Of a stretch of 64,000 nt of DNA, positions 1 through 11,760 are shown piece after piece (within the stretch, counting starts at the first letter, position 1; each line of letters starts with the position of its first letter). The notes beneath the pieces were generated by a model, which did no database searches, had not been told where the DNA came from, and saw nothing but the letters and a program-made list of their open reading frames with translations. Origin of the DNA: Corynebacterium sp. (lineage in GTDB: Bacteria; Actinomycetota; Actinomycetes; Mycobacteriales; Mycobacteriaceae). The stretch covers positions 170,917-234,916 of the forward strand of contig JAUMTW010000004.1 of assembly GCA_030531005.1 (NCBI GenBank). Direction: 5' to 3'. The position numbers and the translations under genes were made by a program.

Positions 1-119
1 ATCAGCTGAAAACCATTATTAAAAATCGGTAATAGCTGGTGCAGAGTGCTTCCATTATCAACTGAAGCTTGACTTATTTCTAGCTAAGACAGCTATGTTT
101 CAGGAATCCCACGCCCGAT

Positions 120-155
120 ACGACGACTTGAACGACGACTTGAACGACGACTTGG
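120..155. repeat. Perfect tandem repeat, 3 x 12 nt (ACGACGACTTGA; last copy ends ..TTGG), downstream of the 297..974 minus-strand gene
   Basis: Read directly: acgacgacttga|acgacgacttga|acgacgacttgg. No ORF of 60 aa or more covers it. Confidence 0.8.
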
Positions 156-296
156 CTGACGAAAATCTGTGGCAAAGACGACACAACCGGCCACGGCACT
201 CCCACACAAGGAGAATGTGACCGGTTGGAATTCATGCGGCAAGGAACGCCGCACTATGAATGCCTGCCGGCAGAAGCCTGCAGGGCAAATCTTGCG

Positions 297-974
297 CTAC
301 TTTGGCAGGACTGTTATGGCATCCTGGCCATCAGTGAACGGTGCAAATTTATTTGGCAGCTGAGGTAGGCCCACATATTCCGTGATTACATCAGCAACTA
401 ACTCGCGCGAAGTAGTAGCGGGATTCGAATATGTGGCGGCATCCGCTGCCAACAACTCAATACCACCAGCAGGCTGGTCGGTGAGCGTGCTTGGCCCTAG
501 GATCACATAGTTAAGATCCGTGCCTTCTAAGTAGGTGTCCGCCTCCCGCTTGGCTGCAGCATAGTGCTGGAAACCTTCACGCTCACCTGCTGGGGGCGCT
601 TCGAAGGTAAAAGTTCCAATCCATGACACCATAATGTAGCGTGGGGCCTGCTCTCCTGCTGCTACTGCCCCTTGCATTGAGGCAACTGCAGCGTCTTGAT
701 CCACTGCATAAGTCACATCTGGGCCTGCTTTGCCACCATTGCCGGCCGACCACACTACCACATCGTGGGTTGTTGCTAATTCAGTCCAGCGCTGCACACT
801 AATTTCGGAGACGTCTTCTACCAGTGGATGCGCACCGAGTGCTGTCAATTCTGCACTCTGGTCTGGGTTACGGATCACAGCAGTGACCTCATGACCCGCC
901 GCAACGAGCTTCGGGATTGCCAACAAAGCTATTTTGCCATGTCCACCTACAAGTAAAACCTTTTTATTTTCCAT
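297..974 (-). CDS. NAD(P)H-binding oxidoreductase of the NmrA/SDR (atypical SDR) family
   Basis: N-terminal Rossmann motif MENKKVLLVGGHGKIALL..AGHEVTAVIRNP. The start is placed at the M of MENKK (ORF residue 13), not at the upstream-extended ORF start. Confidence 0.6.
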   Translation of the reverse strand: MENKKVLLVGGHGKIALLAIPKLVAAGHEVTAVIRNPDQSAELTALGAHPLVEDVSEISVQRWTELATTHDVVVWSAGNGGKAGPDVTYAVDQDAAVASMQGAVAAGEQAPRYIMVSWIGTFTFEAPPAGEREGFQHYAAAKREADTYLEGTDLNYVILGPSTLTDQPAGGIELLAADAATYSNPATTSRELVADVITEYVGLPQLPNKFAPFTDGQDAITVLPK

Positions 975-1079
975 TTCTCGGAGCCTACGCCTATAAATTG
1001 CACGCTGCAACTCGCTACCATATCACTAGGTTATTACGGCATCAGGACTGTAGCTTACCGGTACGCTAAGATAAGCCCC

Positions 1080-1349
1080 ATGTTCGCGATTCTTTCTGTA
1101 ACTGGCCTTGATCACACTGGCATCATCGCAGCGGTCGCCACGCGTTGCGCTGAATTAGATGTCAATATTCATAATGTCTCCCAAACGTTGATGGATGACT
1201 ACTTCACCATGATCTTGCACGTCTCCTTCGATGAAACCAAAACGTCGATTAGTGCGATCCAAGAAGCCATGACCGAGGTCGAGCAGCGCGAGAACCTGGT
1301 GATCCGCATTCAATCTCAGGCTATCTTCGACGCAATGAATACTATTTAG
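1080..1349 (+). CDS. ACT-domain protein of the UPF0237 family
   Basis: 89 aa; the ACT fold signature ([16 protein letters not shown]) is typical of UPF0237. It is immediately followed by UPF0210, the classical paired arrangement. Confidence 0.7.
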   Translation: MFAILSVTGLDHTGIIAAVATRCAELDVNIHNVSQTLMDDYFTMILHVSFDETKTSISAIQEAMTEVEQRENLVIRIQSQAIFDAMNTI

Positions 1350-1366
1350 GAGCAGGTCCAAGCAGA

Positions 1367-2728
1367 ATGAATTCTCACCACTCCAACAGCTCCATTCTCG
1401 AAACCATCGAGATGATCGAGAAATACCGGCTGGATATACGCACAGTAACGATGGGCATCAGCCTCCTCGATTGTGTGCGAAGCGATATTCATGCCACCGC
1501 CCAGGCTGTGTACGACAAAATCACCCACCTCGCGGCCAACCACGTAGCCACCTGCACCGAAATCGAGCGAGAACTAGGTATCCCTATTGTCAACAAGCGC
1601 ATAAGTGTTACTCCGATTTCACTTATCGTTGGCAACATCGGAGATCCCACCATTATCGCGCATGCTCTGAATAAGGCAGCCAAGCAGGTTGGAGTCAACT
1701 TCATCGGCGGTTACTCCGCACTCGTAGAAAAAGGGATGACCGCCAATGACATCCGCCTCATCGATTCTATCCCGCAGGCATTAAGCGAAACTGATGTGGT
1801 CTGTTCCTCGGTCAATATCGGCTCCTCACGTGCAGGTATCAACATGGATGCCGTAGCCCGCATGGGTGAAACCATCAAGCAAGCCGCAGAATTAACCAAG
1901 GATGACTCCGCAATCGCCTGTGCAAAGTTCGTGGTATTTGCCAATGCTGTAGGCGATAATCCCTTTATGGCCGGTGCCTTCCACGGTGTGGAAGAGCCGG
2001 ACTGTGTAGTCAGTGTTGGCGTATCTGGTCCTGGTGTGGTCAACCGCGCCCTTGGCGACTTAGAGGGTGCCAGCTTGGATCAGGTTGCCGAGGCTATTAA
2101 GAAGGCAGCCTTTAAGATTACTCGTGCCGGGCAGTTAGTTGGCACCATGGCATCCCAGCGTTTAGGCGTGCCCTTTGGTATCGTGGATCTCTCCTTAGCC
2201 CCAACGGCAGAACTTGGTGATTCTGTGGCCCATATCCTCGAGCACATGGGCTTAGAACAGGTCGGTACCCACGGTACGACTGCTGCCCTAGCTTTGCTTA
2301 ATGATGCTGTCAAAAAGGGCGGAATGATGGCATGTTCACGTGTTGGTGGCCTATCGGGTTCTTTCATTCCAGTATCTGAGGATAAGGGCATGATTGATGC
2401 CGTGCGTGCTGGTTCCATTAGCATCGACAAGCTCGAAGCCATGACCGCAATCTGCTCAGTTGGCTTAGACATGATTGCTATCCCCGGCGATACTTCTGCT
2501 GCAGCAATTTCGGCCATGATTGCTGATGAGGCCGCAATAGGTGTGATGAATCACAAGACCACTGCCGTGCGTGTGATACCAGTACCTGGTTCAAAGCCTG
2601 GTGATGAGATCAACTTCGGTGGCCTACTTGGTTATGCCCCCGTAATTCCGGTATCCACTTTGGATCAATCAGAATTCATTGCGCGCGGCGGCTTTATCCC
2701 AGCCCCAGTACATGGCTTTAGGAATTAA
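1367..2728 (+). CDS. UPF0210 / DUF711 family protein (about 450 aa, unknown function)
   Basis: 453 aa; Gly-rich conserved blocks ([26 protein letters not shown]). It is 17 nt downstream of the UPF0237 ACT gene, suggesting co-transcription. Confidence 0.75.
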   Translation: MNSHHSNSSILETIEMIEKYRLDIRTVTMGISLLDCVRSDIHATAQAVYDKITHLAANHVATCTEIERELGIPIVNKRISVTPISLIVGNIGDPTIIAHALNKAAKQVGVNFIGGYSALVEKGMTANDIRLIDSIPQALSETDVVCSSVNIGSSRAGINMDAVARMGETIKQAAELTKDDSAIACAKFVVFANAVGDNPFMAGAFHGVEEPDCVVSVGVSGPGVVNRALGDLEGASLDQVAEAIKKAAFKITRAGQLVGTMASQRLGVPFGIVDLSLAPTAELGDSVAHILEHMGLEQVGTHGTTAALALLNDAVKKGGMMACSRVGGLSGSFIPVSEDKGMIDAVRAGSISIDKLEAMTAICSVGLDMIAIPGDTSAAAISAMIADEAAIGVMNHKTTAVRVIPVPGSKPGDEINFGGLLGYAPVIPVSTLDQSEFIARGGFIPAPVHGFRN

Positions 2729-2781
2729 AACTACCGGACGCCAATAGTATCGGCTCCCTACCGGGTTTGATTATCGCAGCA

Positions 2782-2867
2782 AAGCCCCACACCATCGCTC
2801 ATGCATGCGTTTGTTGGTGTGGGGCTTCTTACATATAAGTGCACATAAACCCGGTAGCTTCGGGTTT
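2782..2867. terminator. Two consecutive stem-loops between the convergent genes UPF0210(+) and 2874..3221(-)
   Basis: AAGCCCCACACC-22 nt-GGTGTGGGGCTT (2782..2827), then AAACCCG-7 nt-CGGGTTT (2847..2867). The U-tracts are weak, so these look like I-shaped terminators. Confidence 0.55.
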
Positions 2868-2873
2868 ACTTTA

Positions 2874-3221
2874 TTAACGCTTCTTCGCCTTATTCTTCTT
2901 CTTACGACCAAAGAAAATAAATGCTGGGGATCCAATACCATCGATAAAGGTAGCTAAGAACCACCAGAACTTCTTACCCTTCACTCGCTCCTTAGGAGTC
3001 CAGAAAAGTAGGTGCCAAGCCCACAACTTAGTCAAAACATCCCAAGCCAGGCACACGACCAGCAAGTTTTGCTTTCGCTCACCGAGACTATTCCAAGTTT
3101 CGGCGGCCTTATCGTTGATCTCTGCAAGATTATACGAAGAATTATTTGCCATGGCATACACTCTACACTCATTCAGAACTGCACGACTGCTACCTACAGC
3201 AATCTCGTGCCTTATAGTCAC
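2874..3221 (-). CDS. Small two-helix membrane protein, possibly PLD-nuclease N-terminal (PLDc_N)-like. Start uncertain (alternative M at 3152).
   Basis: Two hydrophobic helices (LLVVCLAWDVLTKLWAWHLLFW and FWWFLATFIDGIGSPAFIFFGRKKK) and a Lys-rich C-terminus. No clear SD sequence for either start. Confidence 0.35.
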   Translation of the reverse strand: MTIRHEIAVGSSRAVLNECRVYAMANNSSYNLAEINDKAAETWNSLGERKQNLLVVCLAWDVLTKLWAWHLLFWTPKERVKGKKFWWFLATFIDGIGSPAFIFFGRKKKNKAKKR

Positions 3222-3310
3222 GGAGAGCTATGCTGCGCGTTTCGGCTGCCCAACCATCGGTGTCCCGCAGGAGGTTATCATTTTACTTACGCACTATGAC
3301 GCACAAAACC

Positions 3311-4942
3311 CTAGGCGAGTTCCACGATCTCCATATATGCATCACTCCATAAGTCCTCATCGCCATCTGGCAATAGGATCACCCGTTCTGGCTCCAGAGC
3401 GCGAACCGCACCTGGATCGTGGGTCACCAACACCACTGCTCCGGTATAGCTTGCCAAAGCATTGAGCACTTGCTCACGTGAAACTGGGTCCAAATTATTA
3501 GTTGGCTCATCAAGCAGTAAAACATTCGCACGGGAGGATACCAGCGCCGATAGTGCCAAGCGTGTCTTTTCACCACCAGATAAGGTCCCAGCGGGTTGTT
3601 CTAATTGCTCCCCGGAAAACATGAAAGCCCCCAGCAAACTACGCAAATCTTGCTCATTGGCATCCGGGCAGGCTTCAATAGTGTTTTGCCATACGGTTTT
3701 ATCAGGATCAATGGTGTCATGCTCCTGAGCGAAGTAACCGATCTTTAGGCCATGCCCGGTGACAATGCCACCCTCACCATCAGAGCGTTCTACCCCTGCA
3801 AGCAACTTCAATAAAGTGGTTTTACCAGCTCCATTAAGCCCTAAGACCACCACTCGAGAGCCGGCATCAATAGCTAAATCCACACCAGCAAAGACTTCCA
3901 AAGAGCCATACATCTTTGTCAGCCCTGTGGCATTGAGTGGGGTCTTGCCACAAGGAGCTGGCTCTGGGAAACGTATATGGGCAGTGCGATCACCAACACG
4001 GATTTCATCGAGGGAATCCATCATGCGTTCAGCACGTGCCAACATTTGCTTGGCAGCAGAAGCCTTCGTGGCCTTCGCACCTAAGCGCGCTGCCTGATCA
4101 CGTAAGGCAGAAGCTTTCTTTTCTGCATTGGCGCGCTCACGGCGTCGGCGCGCCTCATCCGTAGCCCGGGCTTTTTGATAATTATCGAAGCTCATATTGT
4201 ACTGATCGACTTCAGCACGCACAGCATCTAAGAACCACACCTTGTTACAGATTGCGCGCAGCAGCTCAATATCGTGAGAAATGAGCACCAGTCCACCTTC
4301 GTGATTGGCTAAAAACTTGCGCAACCAAGCAATGGAGTCGGCATCCAAGTGGTTGGTAGGCTCATCGAGCAGCAAAATGGTCTGGGACTTACCTGAGCCG
4401 GTTGCAGCGGCAAACAAGATTTGGGCAAGTTCCACGCGGCGGCGCTGCCCACCAGATAATTGACGCAGTGGTTGGTCCAGTACGCGTGCCGGCAGCCCTA
4501 AGTTTTCACAAATTTGGGCGGCTTCAGCATTCGCTTCATAACCGCCTAAGCTGCGGTATTGCTCCTCTAGACGGGAGTATTTACGGATTGCTGCATCCCG
4601 GCGCTTGTCATCGGTGGAGGTCTCCATGATCTCTTGTTGCCGATCCATGGAGGCAAGGATACGATCCAAACCGCGCGCGGAGAGGACCCGATCTCGCGCT
4701 GTTTGGTCAATATTTCCCTCGCGGGAATCTTGCGGCAAATATCCGATATCACCGCTACGCGACACACTGCCACCGTAAGGCTGGGTCTCCCCTGCTAAAA
4801 TACGCATCGTCGTGGTTTTACCTGCACCATTGCGCCCTACCAACCCGATGCGATCGCCAGGTTGGATCCTTAAAGGTTGGGCGGTGGCATCCAGTAGGGT
4901 CCGGGCCCCGACACGTACTTCAAAGTCTTTGGTAACAATCAC
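3311..4942 (-). CDS. ABC-F family ATPase (two tandem ABC ATPase domains, no TMD). Rv1473-like, possible ribosome-protection or translation factor.
   Basis: 543 aa; two Walker A motifs (GRNGAGKTT and GLNGAGKTT), two LSGG signatures and an inter-domain linker. It is 26 nt downstream of sufT. Confidence 0.85.
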   Translation of the reverse strand: MIVTKDFEVRVGARTLLDATAQPLRIQPGDRIGLVGRNGAGKTTTMRILAGETQPYGGSVSRSGDIGYLPQDSREGNIDQTARDRVLSARGLDRILASMDRQQEIMETSTDDKRRDAAIRKYSRLEEQYRSLGGYEANAEAAQICENLGLPARVLDQPLRQLSGGQRRRVELAQILFAAATGSGKSQTILLLDEPTNHLDADSIAWLRKFLANHEGGLVLISHDIELLRAICNKVWFLDAVRAEVDQYNMSFDNYQKARATDEARRRRERANAEKKASALRDQAARLGAKATKASAAKQMLARAERMMDSLDEIRVGDRTAHIRFPEPAPCGKTPLNATGLTKMYGSLEVFAGVDLAIDAGSRVVVLGLNGAGKTTLLKLLAGVERSDGEGGIVTGHGLKIGYFAQEHDTIDPDKTVWQNTIEACPDANEQDLRSLLGAFMFSGEQLEQPAGTLSGGEKTRLALSALVSSRANVLLLDEPTNNLDPVSREQVLNALASYTGAVVLVTHDPGAVRALEPERVILLPDGDEDLWSDAYMEIVELA

Positions 4943-4968
4943 AGCGCTACATATTACACAGGTTTAGC

Positions 4969-5397
4969 TTAGACGCTATAGCCTAGGGCGCGCAGCATTT
5001 CGCGGCCTTCTTCCGTGATCATATGTGGACCCCATGGTGGCAACCAGACCCACTGAATGGTGAGTTTCGTTGCGACCCCATTGCCAACCACTGCAGCCTG
5101 GGCTTGATCTTCCAGCACATCAGTGAGTGGGCAGGCCGGCGAAGTGAGCGTCATATTCACCACTGCCTCAGTCTCGTTTTCGATCCAGATGTCATAGACC
5201 AGCCCCAGATCAACAACATTAATCCCCAGCTCGGGGTCAATAACATCACGCAGGAATTCTTCAACATCCGCCGCGCGGGCTAAGTCCTCATCGCTTTGTG
5301 GTGGGCGCTGGTGCTCGCCTTCTAAATTATAATCCTCGACTTGCTCATCAGTGTTTTCAGCGTTCGCCTCGTGCGGCTGTGGTTCGTGTTCGCTCAT
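4969..5397 (-). CDS. sufT: Fe-S assembly protein SufT (DUF59 / MIP18 family)
   Basis: The DUF59 core motif is present (IDPELGINVVDLGLVYDI...TLTSPACPL). It is the last gene of the suf operon. Confidence 0.75.
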   Translation of the reverse strand: MSEHEPQPHEANAENTDEQVEDYNLEGEHQRPPQSDEDLARAADVEEFLRDVIDPELGINVVDLGLVYDIWIENETEAVVNMTLTSPACPLTDVLEDQAQAAVVGNGVATKLTIQWVWLPPWGPHMITEEGREMLRALGYSV

Positions 5398-5486
5398 AAT
5401 GGTGCTTCTCTTTCGCTTCAGTGGTCTGGTGCCAGTGGGCTTGTGCTATAAACCCCGGTCTAAGGCTCGTGGATAATTGATGAGGC

Positions 5487-5939
5487 CTATTCCTTGGTGC
5501 TTTGCTCGGCATCAGCAAGGGCTGCTTCAAAAGCTTTCCAGCCCAACAGTGCGCACTTCACGCGGGCTGGATACTGAGCAACACCAGAGAAAGCCACTCC
5601 ATCGCCAATGAGGTCTTCATCACCTGAGTCTTGACCACGCGAGGTAACCATGTGCTCAAAGGCGTGGAGTTTCTCTAATGCTTGATGCACTTCAAGGCCA
5701 GTGAGTTCCTCGGCCATAACAGAGGCAGCAGCCTGGCTAATGGAACAGCCTTGGGCATCATAGGAAATGTCTGCGACGTGGTCATGGGTTTCGTTGAGTT
5801 GAACACGCAGTGTAATTTCGTCACCACACGTAGGGTTGACGTGGTGGACTTCTGCGTTGAAGTCCTCGCGCAAGCCTGAGCCGTGGGGATTCTTATAGTG
5901 GTCCAGGATGACTTCCTGGTACATTGCATCGAGATTCAC
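5487..5939 (-). CDS. sufU: SufU / NifU-like Fe-S cluster scaffold
   Basis: Conserved Cys/Asp ligands are present (NPTCGDEITL...GCSISQA...CALLGW). Its position after sufS is the expected one. Confidence 0.85.
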   Translation of the reverse strand: MNLDAMYQEVILDHYKNPHGSGLREDFNAEVHHVNPTCGDEITLRVQLNETHDHVADISYDAQGCSISQAAASVMAEELTGLEVHQALEKLHAFEHMVTSRGQDSGDEDLIGDGVAFSGVAQYPARVKCALLGWKAFEAALADAEQSTKE

Positions 5940-5950
5940 TTCTGGCCTTT

Positions 5951-7225
<1,275 letters not shown>

Positions 7226-7272
7226 CTACTCACTTAGCAGTTGACGAAAAATGTGGTAACGAGAGCGAAACG

Positions 7273-8037
7273 TTAATCGACATGCAGGAACTGGTCGTAG
7301 CCGTTTGCTTCGAGCTCATCAGCAAGCTCTGCGCCACCGGAGGTTACGATCCGCCCCTTGGCGAACACGTGCACGAAATCTGGCTTCACATAGTTCAGGA
7401 TGCGCTTGTAGTGGGTGATCATCAAGATGCCACCGTCAGTCTTCGCCTGATAGTCGTTGATTCCCTGGGAGACAATACGCAAGGCGTCAACGTCGAGACC
7501 GGAATCGGTCTCATCCATAACGGCGAACTTTGGCTTGAGCAAATCTAGCTGCAGCACCTCGTGGCGCTTCTTCTCACCGCCGGAGAAGCCTTCATTGACC
7601 GAACGGTTGGCGAATGCCTCGTCAATAGACAGGCTGGCCTGGGCTTCCTTGACTTCCTTGACCCACTCGCGCAGCTTTGGAGCCTCGCCCCGGGTAGCAG
7701 TTGCCGCAGAGCGCAAGAAATTCGCCATGGAAACACCAGGGATCTCGGTTGGATACTGCATAGCTAAGAAAAGGCCAGCACGAGCGCGTTCGTCGACTTC
7801 GAGGTCGAGCAGATTCACGCCATCAAGTAGTACTTCGCCCTGGGTTACTTCATAGCGGGGGTGGCCGGCCAGAGTGTAAGCCAACGTGGACTTACCGGAA
7901 CCATTTGGGCCCATGATGGCGTGGGTTTCACCGGAATTGATGGTGAGGTTCACGCCCTTGAGAATTGGCTTTGGCTCGGCGTTTTCATCAGCTGGAATGA
8001 CCTGAGCGTGCAGGTCGCGGATTTCGAGGGTACTCAT
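7273..8037 (-). CDS. sufC: Fe-S cluster assembly ATPase SufC
   Basis: Walker A motif GPNGSGKST and ABC signature FSGGEKKR. The start is reset to the ATG at 8035..8037 (MSTLEIRDL); the ORF track extends 37 codons further upstream. Confidence 0.9.
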   Translation of the reverse strand: MSTLEIRDLHAQVIPADENAEPKPILKGVNLTINSGETHAIMGPNGSGKSTLAYTLAGHPRYEVTQGEVLLDGVNLLDLEVDERARAGLFLAMQYPTEIPGVSMANFLRSAATATRGEAPKLREWVKEVKEAQASLSIDEAFANRSVNEGFSGGEKKRHEVLQLDLLKPKFAVMDETDSGLDVDALRIVSQGINDYQAKTDGGILMITHYKRILNYVKPDFVHVFAKGRIVTSGGAELADELEANGYDQFLHVD

Positions 8038-8193
8038 TATTTGTACTCGTTTCTTGAGGTTAGGTGCTTGAGCAAGTGCGCTAGCTTTAAGCAAGTTCAT
8101 CCGGGGTAGGGTTTTGGCAAGTTCAGTCGCTGCAACAAACTCGACCACAACTGGTTATTTCCACGCACTTCTACTCAGCATGAGGCTGTGGTC

Positions 8194-9378
8194 TTATTTT
8201 GCGTTATGCGCTTTGAGCGAGTCCAGCTCAGCTGCAACGCGAGCTTCGAGTTCATCGCGGATCTCAGCAACCGGGATGCGGTTGATGACCTCAGAGAAGA
8301 AGCCACGCACAATCAAACGGCGCGCCTCTTCAGCAGGAATGCCTCGCGAACGCAAATAGAATTCCTGCTCATCATCGAAGCGGCCTACGGTTGCAGCGTG
8401 ACCGGCACCGACAATTTCACCGGTCTCGATTTCCAAGTTTGGCACGGCATCAGCACGCGCGCCCTCGGTGAGAACCAGGTTACGGTTGGCCTCGTAGGTG
8501 TCAGTGCCTTGGGCATCTGCACGAATAAGCACATCGCCTACCCACGCGGTACGAGCCTCTGGCTTCTTTGACTCTGGATCTGCCTGCAGAGCTCCCTTGT
8601 AGAGCACATTTGAACGGCAGTTGGCCACAGCGTGGTCGACCAGCAGGCGCTGTTCGAAAAACTGCCCGTCATCAGCGAAGTAGACGCCGAGCAATTCAGC
8701 ATCGCCACCACCAGCGGTGAATTTCACGCGTGGGATTAAACGGACCACATCGCCACCGAAGACGGCGGCGTTGTAGCGCAGCACGGCATCCCGGCCAAGC
8801 ACACCGGCTTGCCCAGACAGGTGCACTGCATCATCGTCCCAGGAAGCATCCACGATAACGGTTAGACGTGCGTTGTCACCAATGACGAACTCTACATTAT
8901 CAGCGTGGATACCCGAGCCTGTGTAGCGTAAATCCACAATAGCCTCGGCGCCGTCATTTACCTCAATGACCAAGTGGCCGAAGGTAGTCACATCCATGCC
9001 TTGGCCCACAAGGTTAATGGTGATTGGGCCATTTACCTTGGTATCAGCGGCAATACTGACCAATTGAGCCTTATCCACGCTGGAGAATACTTGGGCACCG
9101 ATGCGGTCAACAGCACCCCCGGTGCGCCGAGCACGTGGGTCATCATGAGCAATCTCAGCTACCTCGACTGCAGCACCCTCAGGAATTTCTACCTTGTAGT
9201 TTGCAATCTGGCCCGCTGGGAAGGTGCCATTATGCAGGCCGTGCAGGCGGCGCAACGGTACGAACTGCCAGACTTCATCCTTGCCCCGCGGCTCTGGGAA
9301 ATCGGCGACATCGAAGGAGGTAAACAAATCTCCCTTGTTGTTATGCACAGTGGCATTCTTCACGGTTTCTTGTGCCAT
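8194..9378 (-). CDS. sufD: Fe-S cluster assembly protein SufD
   Basis: 394 aa, beta-helix SufB/SufD family. It lies between sufB and sufC. Confidence 0.85.
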   Translation of the reverse strand: MAQETVKNATVHNNKGDLFTSFDVADFPEPRGKDEVWQFVPLRRLHGLHNGTFPAGQIANYKVEIPEGAAVEVAEIAHDDPRARRTGGAVDRIGAQVFSSVDKAQLVSIAADTKVNGPITINLVGQGMDVTTFGHLVIEVNDGAEAIVDLRYTGSGIHADNVEFVIGDNARLTVIVDASWDDDAVHLSGQAGVLGRDAVLRYNAAVFGGDVVRLIPRVKFTAGGGDAELLGVYFADDGQFFEQRLLVDHAVANCRSNVLYKGALQADPESKKPEARTAWVGDVLIRADAQGTDTYEANRNLVLTEGARADAVPNLEIETGEIVGAGHAATVGRFDDEQEFYLRSRGIPAEEARRLIVRGFFSEVINRIPVAEIRDELEARVAAELDSLKAHNAK

Positions 9379-9381
9379 GGG

Positions 9382-10824
9382 TTATCCCACCGATCCTTCC
9401 ATTTGCAGCTCGATGAGCCGATTGAGTTCCAGGGCATATTCCATGGGCAATTCCTTTGCAATTGGCTCCACGAAGCCACGCACGATCATTGCCATTGCTT
9501 CATCTTCAGCGATGCCACGCGACATCAGGTAGAACAGCTGCTCTTCGGAAACTTGGGAAACAGTTGCCTCGTGCCCCAGTGATACGTGGTCATTGCGGAT
9601 GTCGTTATACGGGTAAGTATCCGAACGCGAAATGTTATCCACCAACAGGGCATCACATTCCACATTCGAGGTGGAGTGGTGCGCATTAGCATTGATGCGC
9701 ACCAGCCCGCGATATGCTGCACGACCGCCACCACGGGCAACGGACTTCGAGACAATATTAGAGGAGGTATAAGGCGCCATGTGAGTCATCTTGGCACCGG
9801 TATCTTGGAACTGACCTTCACCTGCGAAGGCCACAGAGAGCACCTCACCCTTAGCGTGTGGACCGGTCATCCATACTGCTGGATACTTCATGGTGACCTT
9901 GGAACCGATGTTGCCATCGACCCATTCCATGGTGGCACCTTCTTCGCACTTGGTGCGTTTAGTCACTAGGTTATACACGTTATTCGACCAGTTCTGGATG
10001 GTGGTATAACGGCAACGGCCACCCTTCTTCACGATGATTTCCACCACTGCGGAATGCAGTGAGTCCGACTTGTAAATAGGCGCAGTACAGCCCTCAACAT
10101 AGTGGACGTAGGCGTCCTCATCCACGATGATCAAGGTACGCTCGAATTGGCCCATATTCTCGGTGTTAATACGGAAATAGGCCTGCAGTGGGATATCAAC
10201 GTGCACGCCCTTTGGCACGTAAATGAACGAGCCGCCAGACCATACAGCGGAGTTCAGTGCAGAGAACTTATTGTCGCCGGCTGGAATTACGGTGCCGAAG
10301 TATTCCTTGAACAGGTCTTCGTGCTCCTTGAGCGCAGTATCGGTGTCTAGGAAGATAACACCCTTTGCTTCCAGGTCTTCACGGATCTTGTGGTAAACAA
10401 CCTCAGACTCATACTGGGCCGCCACACCGGCAACCAGGCGCTGCTTCTCAGCTTCTGGGATGCCCAGGCGATCATAGGTGTTCTTAATATCGCTTGGCAG
10501 TTCTTCCCAGCTCGTTGCCTGCTCTTCAGTAGAGCGTACGAAGTACTTGATGGTGTCGAAATCAATCTCGCTTAAGTCTGCACCCCAGGTTGGCAGCGGC
10601 TTCTTATCGAAAATGCTCAAGGCCTTGAGACGCTGCTCGAGCATCCATGCTGGTTCATTCTTCTTAGCGGAGATGTCTCGCACGACATCTTCATTGAGAC
10701 CACGACGTGCGGCGGCACCGGCAGTATCGGGGTCATGCCAACCGTAGTTGTATGGCCCGATGGACTCGATGATCTCATCATCGGTTTGGGTGGCGGCACC
10801 TGGCTGTGACGTTGCTTGAGTCAC
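9382..10824 (-). CDS. sufB: Fe-S cluster assembly protein SufB
   Basis: 480 aa; strongly conserved SufB blocks ([36 protein letters not shown]). It is the first structural suf gene after sufR. Confidence 0.9.
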   Translation of the reverse strand: MTQATSQPGAATQTDDEIIESIGPYNYGWHDPDTAGAAARRGLNEDVVRDISAKKNEPAWMLEQRLKALSIFDKKPLPTWGADLSEIDFDTIKYFVRSTEEQATSWEELPSDIKNTYDRLGIPEAEKQRLVAGVAAQYESEVVYHKIREDLEAKGVIFLDTDTALKEHEDLFKEYFGTVIPAGDNKFSALNSAVWSGGSFIYVPKGVHVDIPLQAYFRINTENMGQFERTLIIVDEDAYVHYVEGCTAPIYKSDSLHSAVVEIIVKKGGRCRYTTIQNWSNNVYNLVTKRTKCEEGATMEWVDGNIGSKVTMKYPAVWMTGPHAKGEVLSVAFAGEGQFQDTGAKMTHMAPYTSSNIVSKSVARGGGRAAYRGLVRINANAHHSTSNVECDALLVDNISRSDTYPYNDIRNDHVSLGHEATVSQVSEEQLFYLMSRGIAEDEAMAMIVRGFVEPIAKELPMEYALELNRLIELQMEGSVG

Positions 10825-10920
10825 GTGGTGCTCCTTTCATGGTTTGGGTCTTTAATCTCAGCACATGCTTCCAAAGTGCGTACAGCCGGTTAGCTGTCAT
10901 GCATCTTCAGCAGTGCGACA

Positions 10921-11760
10921 CTATGGGTGTTGGTTTGGATTTATGTTCGCTGCAGGTTTTTGCGTACCGTTCCCCATTGCAGTATCACCTGATGCGGCCT
11001 CTCCTGGTGGCGGGCCACGAAAAGTGCCCGAGAAAGGCAAGGGAATGTTCGTCGTGCAAATAGTTTGCCCATCTGCGATCGTAGCGAGCGGTTGCACATG
11101 CTTACCAAGAACAGCTGCAATTGCAGCTTGTTCGGCAGCGCAGATCTGCGGGAATCGCGCAGCCACATGCTCAATTGGGCAATGATGTTGGCAGATCTGA
11201 ATGCCCGTACCTGCTTGTTGCATTGTCGCCTGATAACCTGAGCGATCGAACGCTGCCACCACGGCAGCAGCTGCGGCCTCGATATCAGAGAAGTCCACAC
11301 CTTCCAGCTCACCCATAATTGCTTGGGCCCGCTGGTTGGCAAAAGCAGTAACGGCTTCTTCCCCACCAGTTTCTTGCAGCATAAGCAGCGCTTGGGTCGC
11401 CAGGTCATCATAGTGATGACCAAAACGCGCGCGCCCGGCATCGGTGAGCTGGAAGCATTTTGCAGGCCGCCCACGACGAGTTTCCCGACCGCTAGGACGC
11501 GATGCCGGTTCGATCTCGCCTTCTTGCAACAAGATATCAAGGTGACGGCGAATTCCAGTTGGCGAAAGATCCAGCTGGGCACCAATTTCAACTGCGGACA
11601 ACGCTTGGGACTTCAGCAAAACCTTTAAGATCTGCTGACGTGTTTCCCCATCGGTAGAACGAGTCTCGGCTTGAACGCCTACTGTACAAGCATGTACCTC
11701 CTCAGCAAGGCCCGCAGGGTCTACTGCCTGATCTGATGCTGACTGCGTGTGTGCATGCAA
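10921..11760 (-). CDS. sufR: SufR, Fe-S-sensing ArsR/DeoR-type repressor of the suf operon. Start ambiguous: TTG at 11760 with a strong SD (AGGTGGAAAGGGGAA), or GTG at 11811.
   Basis: wHTH motif RQQILKVLLKSQALSAVEIGAQLDLSPTGIRRHLDILLQEG. C-terminal Cys ligands (CQHHCP..C). Position matches M. tuberculosis Rv1460 and C. glutamicum cg1765. Confidence 0.7.
   Translation of the reverse strand: MHAHTQSASDQAVDPAGLAEEVHACTVGVQAETRSTDGETRQQILKVLLKSQALSAVEIGAQLDLSPTGIRRHLDILLQEGEIEPASRPSGRETRRGRPAKCFQLTDAGRARFGHHYDDLATQALLMLQETGGEEAVTAFANQRAQAIMGELEGVDFSDIEAAAAAVVAAFDRSGYQATMQQAGTGIQICQHHCPIEHVAARFPQICAAEQAAIAAVLGKHVQPLATIADGQTICTTNIPLPFSGTFRGPPPGEAASGDTAMGNGTQKPAANINPNQHP

Noticed and set aside
169-363. 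64-aa ORF at the window start
   Set aside because: No SD sequence and a low-complexity product. It overlaps the 3' end of the convergent 297..974 gene.
8038-8148. Upstream extensions of the track ORFs for sufC, ribH, ribE, ribD, rpe, fmt and the 297..1010 gene
   Set aside because: In each case, conserved N-terminal residues and an SD-like sequence mark a downstream start. The extensions are non-conserved and often overlap the neighbouring gene.
10941-11591. Alternative-frame 216-aa ORF overlapping sufR
   Set aside because: The overlapping frame encodes a clean wHTH and the SufR Cys ligands. This frame is basic low-complexity sequence.
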